NCBI GenBank assembly: GCA_018645065.1
Contig: JABGPF010000007.1
Span: 1-44,615, forward strand
Length of the DNA: 44,615 nt
Reading direction: 5' to 3'
From: Phycisphaerales bacterium
GTDB taxonomy: Bacteria; Planctomycetota; Phycisphaerae; SM23-33
Positions 44,213 through 44,615 of this stretch are shown in pieces (positions within the stretch are counted from its first letter, which is position 1; every line of letters starts with the position of its first letter). The notes beneath the pieces are model-generated. The model was not told the DNA's origin. It worked only from the letters and a program-made list of their open reading frames with translations, and did no database searches. Both the position numbers and the translations under genes were made by a program.

Positions 44213-44615
44213 CACGCAAACGCCCACGGGAAATATCGGACCGGTAACCTTCGGCGACGGGCAACTTGCGGTAATCGCCGGACCCTGCATGGCTGAAGAC
44301 CGCGAACTGTGCCTCGAAGTGGCTTCGACGATGGCGAAAATCTGCAACGAGCTGGATATCGGTTACGTGTTCAAAGCCAGCTTCGACAAAGCAAACCGCA
44401 CCAGCGCAAAAGCCTACCGCGGACCGGGCCTGGAAACAGCAGCGCCATGGTTCGAGGAAATCGCACGAGAAATCGGCGTACCGATTATCACCGACATACA
44501 CGACCCGTCACAGGCCCCCCAAGCCGCCGAACTGTTCGACTGCCTGCAAATACCAGCGTTCCTCTGCCGACAAACCGACCTGCTGCTGGCTGCCGCTGCC
44601 ACCGGTAAACCGGTC
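44205..44615 (+). CDS. kdsA: 3-deoxy-8-phosphooctulonate (KDO-8-P) synthase, 3'-partial at the right edge
   Basis: Absent from the ORF track because there is no stop codon in the window. My translation from ATG 44205 reads MTDTQTPTGNIGPVTFGDGQLAVIAGPCMAEDRELCLEVA...YVFKASFDKANRTSAKAYRGPGLE...PIITDIHDPSQA...LQIPAFLCRQTDLLLAAAATGKPV, which carries the hallmark KdsA motifs. It overlaps the lipid-kinase stop by 8 nt. Confidence 0.93.
   Translation, partial: MTDTQTPTGNIGPVTFGDGQLAVIAGPCMAEDRELCLEVASTMAKICNELDIGYVFKASFDKANRTSAKAYRGPGLETAAPWFEEIAREIGVPIITDIHDPSQAPQAAELFDCLQIPAFLCRQTDLLLAAAATGKPV

Overview
This is a 44.6-kb chromosomal window of moderately high GC. It most likely comes from a Planctomycetota-type bacterium. 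That is an inference from a LEPR-x-LL-type N-terminal motif on a giant surface protein, LTD/CotH megaprotein architecture, secreted PQQ-like beta-propellers, and Tat-signal xylose-isomerase-like plus Gfo/Idh/MocA gene pairs. I support about 24 protein-coding genes. Two are edge-truncated and absent from the supplied ORF track: a BadF/BcrA-type CoA-enzyme activase (minus strand, left edge) and kdsA (plus strand, right edge). The dominant feature is a ~13-kb reading frame (23517-36515) encoding an LTD/CotH/beta-helix/dockerin megaprotein. A single in-frame TAG at 33171-33173 cuts it in two in the middle of a lamin-tail domain. Other content: a hipBA toxin-antitoxin pair behind an AT-rich palindromic promoter; a cytoplasmic GAF-PAS histidine kinase with a NarL-type regulator, followed by a sigma-70 factor and secreted hydrolases; a signal-peptide methyltransferase-like/PQQ-propeller protein translationally coupled to an EEP-family phosphoesterase; a TPR protein carrying two RpoA alpha-CTD-like modules; SpoIID; sugar-modifying enzymes; and a DAG-kinase-like lipid kinase overlapping kdsA. 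Several intergenic regions hold unusual structured repeats: a 259-bp MITE-like palindrome, a REP-like hairpin family with compensatory stem changes, and long hairpins built from AACGGC/GCCGTT hexamer arrays. I saw no rRNA, tRNA, CRISPR array, transposase or integrase. All function calls rest on motif recognition by eye, since no database searches were possible.
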